Positions 12,087 to 23,299 of a stretch of 64,000 nucleotides of DNA are shown here, piece after piece. Position 1 is the stretch's first letter. Each line of letters starts with the position of its first letter. The stretch covers positions 23,484,481 to 23,548,480 of the forward strand of contig NC_069001.1 of the NCBI RefSeq assembly GCF_001194135.2, read 5' to 3'. Source of the stretch: Octopus bimaculoides. Its lineage: Eukaryota. A program made the position numbers and the translations under genes. Under the pieces are notes generated by a model, which had not been told where the DNA came from, ran no database searches, and worked only from the letters and a program-made list of their open reading frames with translations.

Positions 12087-12824
12087 TAGATATGTATGTA
12101 TGTATATGTATATATATTTATGTATACAAAGTTATGTAGAACTGTGTGTGTTTATTAAATATGACCAAAGTAAAATGTTCATATATACCAAAATATATTT
12201 CTTTGTAACACATTATCTATTTATATATTATATATTTGTCCAGATACTTATTCTTAAATACCTTTTTAGAAATTTTCCAAGATTGATATTAGATGCTACT
12301 AAAATAATCATTCCCACTGCATATTTTTTCCTGTGTTTGCTGAAAGTTTTCCCAAATGTATGAGTCAATCTTGTAATAAGCTCTGAATGCTTGTTAATTA
12401 ACCCTTTTTTAATTGTAATAATCAGAAAGTCTCTTCCAAACAATGATTGCATAATCTGAAATTTGCATCACATGGGTATCCATTCATTGTTTCTGTCATA
12501 CTTCAAAATAGATTGACTAGAGATGTTTTGTGCATTTTATTCATATCTTTGAATGATGCAATATGGTTCATTGACTTTTGAAAAATAAATCAAAAGTTGC
12601 ACCTACACATGCATATTCTTTTCCTGAGTCTGGACAGTACATCTGTATACAGGAGGCATTCATTTCCCAGAAGACAAGTAGCTGTATTTCTAAAATTGCA
12701 TCTTCCATATTATCATAGATATGGTCATTATTTGTGTTACTCATTTTACTACAATTGGTATGAAAATTTCAAGGTTAAAATCCAAATGAAATTGATACAT
12801 GTGTGTGCATGTGAGTGTTTGTAT

Positions 12825-12874
<50 letters not shown>

Positions 12875-12876
<2 letters not shown>

Positions 12877-13080
12877 ACTACATATGTGGAAAATTGGTGT
12901 GTGTTTGTTTGTGGCGTTGTTAGCTAACTGCTCCTATTGATTTTGATGAAACTTGACACTTGAATATAACTCATGTTTGGAAACCTCGTGACATACTTAG
13001 ATTGTTGAAAAAATCGGTAATATGGCCCCTGAAAGGGATCTTTATATCTACCTCATATGGCTAATACATTTTTGAATGCC
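12875..13080 (+). mobile_element. Helitron/DINE-1-like non-autonomous repeat fragment
   Basis: (GT/TTTG) microsatellite followed by CTAACTGCTCCTATTGATTTTGATGAAACTTG, resembling DINE-like core sequence. Confidence 0.4.
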
Positions 13081-14060
13081 TATTACTCCAATAATTCTGC
13101 ATTTTTACAGTTACACTTTTTTCCATGACAGTAGATGAATTTTTTATTCCACAATGTATTTATAGTGGCTTCATGCAGGCATAGCGTGGATTCGATCCTC
13201 GATTGCCAAATTTCACTTAACACTTCAACAGTACTTTTTGCATGGTAAACTATTTTTCTGTGAATGACAGCAGTTATACATTTCCCAGCTGCCTTCGCTA
13301 TGCAGAATAATGTCCTTGCCACTTGAACCTCTTAATCTCTTCTAGGCCACTAGGGGCTGGAATGGAGATAACAGACCTCCAGTGAAATCATTTGTTCTCA
13401 ACAATATGTCTATCCTTCTGGCTGCTTTTTGATAGTTATAAAAACAAGAACTCCGTAAGCTAAAGAGCAACCATCAGTGAGTGTGAACGTTATTATTGCA
13501 CTTTCTTCATTTCTTTCTTAAACATTAAACACTTCATTCATATATTTATATACATATATACTACATTTATATATTACCTTTAATAAATTAGCCTTCATAA
13601 AGTTCCCCTTTAAAATGCCACAACAAGTCAGAGTACTTTCTCACCAACCTCCAAAAACCTCTCTCACCAACCTCAAACAATCTCTCCCTCCTGCAGCTGA
13701 CAGTGTTTTGTACTTTTTTGAGACAGAAAATATACCTTTTGTGGCAGTTATAAGGAAATTGCTTTCTTATATCAGAGTAATGAGGTGTTTCAATAGAACA
13801 TCTTTACCCCTGGGAATTACTGGGTACACCAGCTAGTATATATGTTGGTCACCTTCTGTTGGTTGTTTTTCCTCGCATTAGGTACTAAATGTGGTTATTT
13901 TGAGAAGTCCACTGTGTGGCATTATTATTTTCTGTAATAATGCCCTTTATATAAATATTAACGAATAATTATATTCTTGGGAATAGAAATTTCCCTTTGA
14001 ATTTTTTTACACTGTGGCTTCTTGATAAAATTCTTGTAAAAGAGTTTTATCCGTTTTTGA

Positions 14061-14113
<53 letters not shown>

Positions 14114-14244
14114 GTTTTGTAAATCAAAGCATCAACCAATGTGCTACATGAAACAGATGTAAGAACATTTCAGAATATATAAAATAGATTATCCACTTTA
14201 CTTCAGCTCCTAATGATTATCACTTCATAAGCAATTTATCTTTT

Positions 14245-14665
14245 ATCTCTCATTTGTTTCAGTCATTAGACTGCAGCCATGCTGGGGCATAGCTGCTTTC
14301 AATGGTTTAGTTGAACAAATCAACCCCTCTACTTATCTATTTTTAAAATCTAGTATTTATTTCATTGATCTTTTTTTCTTAAGCCACTAAGTTACAGGGA
14401 CATAAACTCACCAACACTGGCTGTTAAGTGGTGGGGTAGAGCACCAACACAAAGATACATGCACACACAAATACACACACAAATACACACACACGCATAC
14501 ATACTATGGGTTTTTTCAGTTTCTGTCTACCAGATCCACTCATAAGGCTTTGGTCAACCTGGGGCTGTAGTAGAAAACACTTGCCCAGGGTGCTATGCTG
14601 TTGGAACAGAGCCTGTAGTCATGTGGTTGGGAAGCAAACTTCTGACCACACAGCCATGCTTACGC
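14245..14665 (-). mobile_element. SINE family A, near full length
   Basis: Head, core and tail all recognisable on the minus strand. Confidence 0.85.
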
Positions 14666-14949
14666 CTATGTTCTCCTTAGAAAATTGAAAGGGGTAGTCA
14701 GTCCCTGAAGAAATCCCATAACATGACTGAAACTAGTCAAGCTGACCCTTCATTTTTTTTGTTCATGAATACAACTGTTTACACTTGTCTATACATATAG
14801 TGTTAGACGATAGTATCTAGATGTGCTCTTTAGTACAGTGTTGTAATTTTAGCAGCTTTTTAATGCAATGCACATTAAATATTGTTTTTATACAGAAAAC
14901 ACCTCGAAATTAGTGATTCTTGAAACAATTCTGTTTTTCAACTACACCA

Positions 14950-15530
14950 CCACCACCACCACCACCACCATCATTTAACATCTGTTCTCCATGCTGGCCT
15001 GAACTGGATGGTTTGACAGGAGCTGACCAGCTGGAGAGCTGTCCAGTTTCTGTTTGTCTGATTTGGCTTGGTTTCGACAGCTGGATGCCTTTCCTAATGC
15101 CAACCACTCTACAGAGTGTCCTGGGTGTTCTTACGTGGCACTGGCATCGGTGCTTTTATGTGACAATGGCACAGGGACTTTTATGTGGAACCAGCACAAG
15201 TGCTTTCCATAGCACCAGCATCCACTAGCCCACAAGACTGAGAACATCACCATCATCATTTAACATCCGTTTTCTATGCTGGCATGGGTTGGACAGTTTG
15301 ACTGAAAACTGGTAAGCCAGGGAGCTGCACCAGGTTCCAGTTTGATTTGGCATAGTTTTCCACAGTTGAATGCCCTTCCTAATGCCAACCACTCCAAGAG
15401 TGTAGTGGATGCTTTTTGCATGCCACTGGTATGGGTGCCAGTCACAAAACACTGGCATTGGCCACAACCATGATCTCACTTGACTTGAGAGGTCTTCTCA
15501 AGCAAGGTATATTGCGAAAGGTCTCGGAAC
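14950..15530 (-). mobile_element. Two adjacent RTE 3'-end fragments
   Basis: Each starts CATCATTTAACATC..TCCATGCTGGC and contains GATGCCTTTCCTAATGCCAACCACTC or a close variant. Confidence 0.85.
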
Positions 15531-15844
15531 TGTGGGACCCGAAGTTTGAAGGGTGTTTCTTATGTGCTAGCAGCATGAATGCCAGTTACACAACACAGGC
15601 ATTTGCCATGACTAGAACACCCATAAAAATTTACACTGCTCCACTATATTTACTAATCAATTCCTGCGTAAGTCCAATAAGTAAATTAATGTGACTGATG
15701 ATGACATATCAGAGAAAAGTATGTTCAGAGTTGTCTCCCATATTTCCAGGGGAAAATAAAAACAGTTATTGACTAGTATAGTTTTGTGTAAAGTTACTGT
15801 AATTATCACAATATTAAAAGCATACTTGATGTTTGAGATTCAAA

Positions 15845-15916
15845 ATATGTATAGTATAATTGTAAGTAACTCCACTTGTCATGCAGGAGACAGGGGTTCA
15901 ATTCGCTGTTGGGATG
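15845..15916 (+). pseudogene. tRNA-Asp(GUC) pseudogene or Asp-derived SINE head
   Basis: TAGTATAATTGTAAGTAACTCCACTTGTCATGCAGGAGACAGGGGTTCAATTCGCTGTTGGGATG aligns without gaps to eukaryotic tRNA-Asp (about three-quarters identical by eye), with several CpG-type transitions and broken stems. Confidence 0.75.
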
Positions 15917-16360
15917 CTTCTCAACCATATGGTTCCAGGTTCAGTCTCACTTCATGAAACCTTGGGTAAGGGTCTTCTACTACAGCCACGGCCTGGGCCA
16001 ACCAAAGCCTTGTTAGTGGATTTGGTAGAGAGAAACTGAAAGAAACCCTTTGTGTATGGGTGTATGTGTGTGCTTGTATATATATATATATATATATAAA
16101 TATACATATATGTATGTATGTATGTATTTATCTATATATATACATATATATGTATATATATGTGTGTGTGTATGTATATATATATATGTATGAGTGTGCG
16201 TTCGTGCTTGTGTTTGTCTCCAATCACCACTTGACAACTGGTGTTGGGGTGTTTACATCCCTGTAACTTAGCAGTTCAGCAAAAGACACCAATAAAACAA
16301 GTACTAGGCTTAAAAAGAAAATAAGTACTAGAGTTATTTCATTCGACTAAAAATTGGGTA
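15917..16360 (+). mobile_element. SINE family A with expanded (TA/TG) interior
   Basis: Core GGGCCAACCAAAGCCTTGTTAGTGGATTTGGTAGAGAGAAACTGAAAG and the 3' part. Confidence 0.85.
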
Positions 16361-16994
16361 AGGTTGGATGTAGTGAATAGTGGTCAAGGGATGGCCAATG
16401 ATGCATATTAGTTGGGTGAAAACGGAACAGAGCAGGAAATGACTGACATTGTAGAAAATGCGTCATAACCTTAACTTAACTACATTTACTTTCTCAGGGT
16501 ATAAAATATATTCCATTATATTTCAATATATATTCCACTGTTTGAAAACTTTCTTCTACTCTTTACTGATATTAAGCATTGTTTTCTTGGTTTCCACTGT
16601 TTTGTTATATATTTTATTGTCAGGATCACATAACAGAAATGGGGAGTTACAGGGTGTTGTTAAACTGATAGTATTGAAGTATTTAAGTGCTGTTGTTTAG
16701 TCCCAAGTAAGCCCTGATCAAACTGACCTGTGATGAAGGATGCTCCAGCCTGGTGACTCTTGATGTTTTTTTGTCATAGTATATCTAGGCTTTGATCAGG
16801 GATTGTCAACAATTTTTTACCGATGGACCCCTTTGATTCCTGTTTTACTTGGGTGGACCCTCAGAGCCATTTGAAGATTAAGAAATCCTGTTATTTTAAT
16901 AATCAAATATTATTAGGATATGCATTAAAATTGCTAAAATATCTTGTGCATTGTATACATAAAACCAATTTATTACACATAATCTTTAACAACG

Positions 16995-17400
16995 GAGGTG
17001 CAGGAGTGACTGTGTGGTAAGTAGCTTGCTTACCAACCACATGGTTCCGGGTTCAGTCCCACTGCATGGCACCTTGGGCAAGAGTCTTCTACTATAGCCT
17101 CAGGTCGACCAAAGCCTTGTGAGTGGATTTGGTAGACGGAAACTGAAAGAAGCCTGTGGTATATATGTGTATATATATATGTATGTGTGTATGTGTCTGT
17201 GTTTGCCCCCCCCCCCAACATCGCTTGACAACCAATGCTGGTGTGTTTATGTCCCTGTAACTTAGTGGTTTGGCAAAAGAGACCGATAGAATAAGTACTA
17301 GGCTTACAAAGAATAAGTCCTGGGGTCAATTTGCTCGGCTAAAGGCAGTGCTCCAGCATGACCACAGTCAAATGACTGAAACAAGTAAAAGAGAGTAAAT
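16995..17400 (+). mobile_element. SINE family A, full length, nested in the hAT element
   Basis: GGTGCAGGAGTGACTGTGTGGTAAG A-box head, GGTTCAGTCCC B-box, core, and tail ending GAAACAAGTAAAAGAG. Confidence 0.95.
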
Positions 17401-18332
17401 GAGAGAACAGACTAAATTCTATGACAAATAAATGTTCTCTAGTAAGATGAGTCAGAAAAATACAAGGACATATTCATGAACAGAAGGTAGTCATTTAATG
17501 CAAGCATTGTGGTTGATGCTGCTCTGCTAGTTTTGCAATATTCAGCTCCAACATTGTCAATGGTAATCGAAGATCACCTCTTTCTACAATGACAAGTCAA
17601 TTACGGGCTTTTGACAGTAAGTTAGTGACACGGCTGAAATCAGATTCACCAAGGTAATACAAAGGGAAAGCAGTAACTTACAACTGCGCTTTCTCCCACA
17701 CTGAAAAGTGGATACTTTGTAGCAGTGTCATTACTTTTCCATACATTATGTTCCTCATCTTTAAATCTTGCCTGAAATATTTTATCATTCAGTAATTCTC
17801 CTGAAATCAGATATCCACATCAGCATCATTAATTTCAAAAGAAAGCATCACCCAACATGGTATATTTAACTTCAGTTAGTCACTAAACTGAGCTTGCATA
17901 TCATCATGCAGGTTTTTCAAATGTTCAGCATACAATACAATAAGTCATCATAATGCAGATTACTGTTAATTGATTTCAAACTTGGAAATTGTAATGATGC
18001 ACAACATACCATATTCATTTTGCAGAGATGTACTGTGGAGGATGTGAGATCAGAGTTTTTTCCTTGAAGCTGTTTATTAAACAAATTAATTTTATCAAAT
18101 ATATCTGATAAATAAAAAATATCAAACTTAGCTGCAATGATTTGTTGGCTAAGATTGTCATCAGCCAGAAATGAGACAATAGTGTCCTAAAGTGCAACAA
18201 AATGGCATAGCCAATCACCTTTTGATAACTGTCTCACCTCCATGTCTATAAAGATTTTGTTGTTTAAATTTATCTACAATAAATTGCCTATACTTTTAGA
18301 ATCTACAAAATATTTCAATATTTTTTTAATAT

Positions 18333-18443
18333 AATTCCTAATAATAGTTAATTATAAAAATACAATTATACAATTCCTAATAATAGTTAATTATAAAAAT
18401 ACAATTATACAATTCCTAATAATAGTTAATTATAAAAATACAA
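18333..18443. repeat. 39-bp tandem repeat, about 2.8 copies
   Basis: AATTCCTAATAATAGTTAATTATAAAAATACAATTATAC starting at 18333, 18372 and 18411. Confidence 0.95.
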
Positions 18444-18634
18444 AAGGATTTTTTTAAAGCATTAAATGGCTAGGAGGGTCCTTCTGAATAAAACAGGAAC
18501 TAAAGGGGTGATAGGTTAAAAAATGGTTGAGAAACAATGCTCTAGATTATGATTTTATGTAAAATTGGCTGATATTTCTGACAGACTAAGGAATTACATT
18601 GAGGATCCCTTGTTACTTTTCTATTTTGAATTTT

Positions 18635-18830
18635 GTTGTCATTTAACCCCAGGTCAAGCAGAACTATGACCAAAAATATTCCATCCATAACTATCCTGTC
18701 CTTTTTTCAGACTGTGTATCCAAGACTATTTGGGATGTGTCAGTTTCTTATTTAGCATAATAATGAGTAACCTGAGGGAGATGAGTCTACTATTTCTAGT
18801 AGGTCAACAAATTCCAGGTTCCCTTTTAGA
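18635..18830 (-). mobile_element. Dispersed retro-repeat family E (also at about 16690-16795, 34200-34290, 59060-59230, 60115-60280)
   Basis: Shared motifs CCCAGGTC.AGC...GACCTATGA and GAGGGAGAT..G.CT.CTATTTCTAG recur in these copies. Confidence 0.55.
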
Positions 18831-18844
18831 TATCATTTTATCTT

Positions 18845-19060
18845 TTTAACTGTTCCAGTCATTAAACTGCTGCCATGTTGGGGCACCACCTTCAATTCTT
18901 AGTCAAATAAATCAACCTCGGTACTTTGGTACATACTCTATTGGTTCTCTTTTGATGAACCTCTAAGTCACAAGGATGAAACACCTACACCAAAACACCT
19001 ACATGAAACATCTACATCATTGTCAAGCAATGATGGGGGTGGGGTCAAACACAGACACAT

Positions 19061-19098
<38 letters not shown>

Positions 19099-19262
19099 AC
19101 AATGGGCTTCTTTCAGCTTCCTTCTACCAAATCCACTCACCAGGCTTTGGTTGGTTCAAGGCTATAGTAGAAGTTGCTTGCCCAAGGTACCGTGCAATGG
19201 GACTGAACCTAGAATGATGCAGTTGGGAAGCAAGCTTCTTACCACACAACCACACCTGTACC
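18845..19262 (-). mobile_element. SINE family A
   Basis: Head, core and tail on the minus strand with (CA)n interior. Confidence 0.85.
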
Positions 19263-19374
19263 TGGACAGGTGAAAAGATAAGTGAACAGATCAGCTTGTT
19301 ATGATTTACAATACCTGTCTACCACCTTGCATCAGGTGAGTCTTTGACAGGAAGTAATTTGGTATCCACTTTGA

Positions 19375-19775
19375 TGAATGTGTAAGTATGTGTGTGTTTG
19401 TGAGTGCGTGAGTATGTGCTTGTGAGTGTGTGTATGTGTTTGTGAATGTGTGTATGTATGTGTATTTGTGAGTGCATGTATGTTTGTAAGTATGTATGTT
19501 TGTGAGTGTGTGTATGTGCGTTTATGAGTGTGTGTATGTTTGTGAGTGCATATGTGCGTTTGTGAGTTCATCTGTGCGTGTGTATGTGTGTGTGAGTGTA
19601 TCTGTGTGTGTTTGTAAATGTGTGTGCATTTGTGAATGAGTTTGCGTTTGTAAGTCCATGTGTGTGTGTGCGTTTGTGTCTGTGAGTGTATGTATGCGTG
19701 TTTGTGAGTGTGTGTATGTGCATTTGAGAATCCATATGTGTGTGTTTGTGAGTGTGTGTACCTGTATATGTAGTG
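19375..19775. repeat. Degenerate (TG)n / GTGAGT low-complexity tract
   Basis: About 400 bp of TG-rich variants. Confidence 0.9.
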
Positions 19776-20174
19776 GTGCTTCTTTTCTACCGAAACCTTT
19801 CCTTGTGGTTATTCTTATCGTTGTTATGGTAGTTCTGTTCTGGTTTGAGAATCTGAACTTTAGTTAGTCAATTATTTTAATGGCCGTAAATAGCTTGTAA
19901 TGAAATAAGGTAGTCCCATTTCATTTTGTACTGAATATATAACAAAAAAAAAAATGCTTAAAAAAAACCCATTTAGTAAGATTTATTACAGATTTTTATA
20001 TCTTATTTTTAAATGTTTTTCCCTTTTTATTTATTTAATTTATTTTTATGTCCTTTGTTATTTAGTTTTCTTATATGTGTATGTATATATGTGTTTGCAT
20101 GTGTGTGTGTGTATATATAAATTTATATGTATATATATATAATGTATTTGTATGTGTATGTATGTATATATGAA

Positions 20175-20206
<32 letters not shown>

Positions 20207-20293
20207 AGCATATATATTTGTTTATATATGCATACATACATCTATGTTTTGTATATAAACATATATGTTCATATATGCTTAAACATATGTATA

Positions 20294-20346
<53 letters not shown>

Positions 20347-21014
20347 GATGTTTTCTACTATTCCGTACAGGTAATATTTTGATAGATTTTAAAAGCTTTC
20401 CTTCTTCCCTTTTTTATCTTCCTCTTTCTACACTTCACCCTTTTATATTCAATAATTTAAGAATGTCACTTCATTTTTATTTATTTTGTGATTTAAGAAT
20501 GTTGCTATATTTTCATACATTTCGTGATTTAAGGATGACACGAATTCAATAACTACAAAAATAACAACATATTTAAATTTATATTTCAAGAGATAATCAT
20601 ATTCTCGAAAATATGTTGCCTATATATCTATAATATTTAAGAGTTGCAATGCGGATTCTTCACCACCAACCTAACAGTTTAAACCTTGCCTGAAAATTGC
20701 CTTCATTCCTGTGTCTGATAATCTGGTCACTGAACTTTGGGGTAAATGTTGTTATTAATTTTATTTAGCACTATTAACAATACAGAAGATTTTGTCTTCA
20801 GAAATATTTATTATACATTTCTGTCAAAATATCCATTAACTCTAAGAATTCCCAAAATTGATTCCGAAAATCTTGGGTATTTCAGGGTGAGAAAATGCTT
20901 CAACTGAGAAACAAGTAAAAGAATAAAAGAACATGTATGCATGTGTAAATGTGTGTGTGTGTGTGTGTGTGTATGCACGTGCATGTGTGCATATATGTAT
21001 GTGTGTGTATATAT

Positions 21015-21295
21015 TTTGGGCAAGTGTCTTCTACTATAGCCTCGGGTTGACCAAAGCCTTACGAGTGGATTTGGTAGCTGGAAACTGAAAGAAGCCTGTC
21101 ATATCATCAGGGTCATCATCAGTTAATATTCACTTTCCATGCTGGCATGGGTTACATGGTTTGACTGGAACTGGTTAGTTGAAGGGCTGCACCAGGGTCC
21201 GGTCTGATTTGGCTTGGTTTCTATGGCTGGATGCCCTTCCTAATGCCAACCACTCCAAGAATGTAAAGGGTGCTTTTTATATGACCCCAGCAATG
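21015..21295. mobile_element. SINE A core fragment (+) abutting an RTE 3' tail (-)
   Basis: GGGCAAGTGTCTTCTACTATAGCC...GAAAGAAGCC followed by CATCATCAGTTAATATTCACTTTCCATGCTGGC. Confidence 0.8.
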
Positions 21296-21772
21296 GCCAC
21301 AACTACAATTACACATCTATATACGCACATATGTATGTGCGTGCATGTGAAAATATGCACATATTAGATGTGTTTTAACCTTATAGCTTTCTCACACTTT
21401 CTTCTGTATTTTATTTTAGCACTATAATTTTTTTTGCATGCGTGTGTATGGGTGCGAGGTTGTTGAGTGCGTGCGTGTAGGTGTGTGTGTGTGCGGGTAC
21501 ACCCATGTATGCAGGTATATATATATGTATATGTACATATATGTATAGTTTTTGGTGAGTATATGGATGAGCGTGTGTGTGTTTCAAGCGAGGGTGGTTT
21601 AGTATATACATATATGGATTGGTGCGCTTACGCAAACACTTTAGACTTTTCCACTCCCTTACCTTTACTCCCTCCCCTTACTTAGAGGTCTATAGCTCTT
21701 TTGTCTTAATAACGGTCAACCACACAGTAATTTCCCTTTGTTTAACGGTCATTTTTCACAGGAATTTTCAAT

Positions 21773-21844
21773 GGCCGGATAACTGAAGAGATGTTGGCAT
21801 GGGTTCCCACCCCGGCATCCGAAACTCGGAGTTTTATCACGGCT
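21773..21844 (+). ncRNA. Type I hammerhead ribozyme motif (Penelope-type)
   Basis: Helix I GGCCG-GAUAA / UUAUC-A-CGGCU; core CUGAAGA (21783-89); helix II GAUGUUG / CGGCAUC with one extra C; GAAA (21821-24); helix III ACUC-G-GAGU; predicted cleavage after GUU at 21833. Confidence 0.8.
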
Positions 21845-21900
21845 ACCGAATAAGTGTCACATATTTTTACAGATATATATATATAATTATATATATATAT

Positions 21901-22694
21901 NNNNNNNNNNNNNNNNNNNNNNNNNNNNNNNNNNNNNNNNNNNNNNNNNNNNNNNNNNNNNNNNNNNNNNNNNNNNNNNNNNNNNNNNNNNNNNNNNNNN
22001 NNNNNNNNNNNNNNNNNNNNNNNNNNNNNNNNNNNNNNNNNNNNNNNNNNNNNNNNNNNNNNNNNNNNNNNNNNNNNNNNNNNNNNNNNNNNNNNNNNNN
22101 NNNNNNNNNNNNNNNNNNNNNNNNNNNNNNNNNNNNNNNNNNNNNNNNNNNNNNNNNNNNNNNNNNNNNNNNNNNNNNNNNNNNNNNNNNNNNNNNNNNN
22201 NNNNNNNNNNNNNNNNNNNNNNNNNNNNNNNNNNNNNNNNNNNNNNNNNNNNNNNNNNNNNNNNNNNNNNNNNNNNNNNNNNNNNNNNNNNNNNNNNNNN
22301 NNNNNNNNNNNNNNNNNNNNNNNNNNNNNNNNNNNNNNNNNNNNNNNNNNNNNNNNNNNNNNNNNNNNNNNNNNNNNNNNNNNNNNNNNNNNNNNNNNNN
22401 NNNNNNNNNNNNNNNNNNNNNNNNNNNNNNNNNNNNNNNNNNNNNNNNNNNNNNNNNNNNNNNNNNNNNNNNNNNNNNNNNNNNNNNNNNNNNNNNNNNN
22501 NNNNNNNNNNNNNNNNNNNNNNNNNNNNNNNNNNNNNNNNNNNNNNNNNNNNNNNNNNNNNNNNNNNNNNNNNNNNNNNNNNNNNNNNNNNNNNNNNNNN
22601 NNNNNNNNNNNNNNNNNNNNNNNNNNNNNNNNNNNNNNNNNNNNNNNNNNNNNNNNNNNNNNNNNNNNNNNNNNNNNNNNNNNNNNNNNNNNNN
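21901..22694. other. Assembly gap
   Basis: N-run after (TA)n. Confidence 1.
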
Positions 22695-23015
22695 TCCTTG
22701 TTCAGTCCTGCTGTATGTCACCTTGAGCAAGGGTCTTCTACTACAGCCTTGGGCCAACCAAAGCCTTGTAAGTGGATTCGGTAGACAGAATTGAAAGGAG
22801 CCCATTGTATATATATATATGTGTGTGTGTGTGTGTGCCTGTGTTTGGGTGTCTGTGTTTGTCCCTCCACCATCACTTGAGAACTGATGTTGGTCTTTTT
22901 ACGTCCCTGTAACTTAGCATTTTGTCAAAGGAGACTGATAGAATAAGTATTAGGCTTACAAAGAATAAGTCTTGGGGTCGATTTGTTCGACTAAAGGTGG
23001 TGCTCCAGCATGGAC
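22695..23015 (+). mobile_element. SINE family A
   Basis: Core and tail present. Confidence 0.85.
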
Positions 23016-23299
23016 AGGCCAATGATGGCTTAGCTATCTGAAACTTTGAAATCATTGTCTATGCTCTTGTTAATGAATAAAATTATGTTCTACAAAAAGT
23101 ATTTAGCAATCCTTCAGAATAATGTAAAATTATTTTAATTTTAACTTAACATAGAAACAATTATTTATACATAGATATACAGTCACACATATACATGTAT
23201 ACATATATGTATACCATCACAAAAACACACACACATATACATACATACATACATACACACATGCTTACATACTTATATACATTCATAAAAATGGCTTGC

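Larger units (their letters stand above)
16797..18539 (-). mobile_element. hAT-Charlie/Buster element, internally deleted, with transposase C-terminal remnant at about 17493-18246
   Basis: TIRs CAGGGATTGTCAACAATTTTT / CATTGTTTCTCAACCATTTTT; right flank CTCTAGAT fits the NTCTAGAN target consensus; translation EVRQLSKG...DIFYLSDIFDKINLFNKQLQG...WEKAQL*VTAFP...ESDFS...RGDLRL...HQPQCLH*. Confidence 0.85.

Noticed and set aside
12590-12750. Minus-strand open frame MEDAILEIQLLVFWEMNASCIQMYCPDSG as an exon
   Set aside because: No credible donor site and no recognisable homology.
15695-15735. CTGATGATGACATATCAGAGAAAAGTATGTTCAGAG as a hammerhead
   Set aside because: Helix II is only 2 bp, spacing to GAAA is wrong and there is no helix I. 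A CTGANGA heptamer is expected several times by chance in 64 kb.
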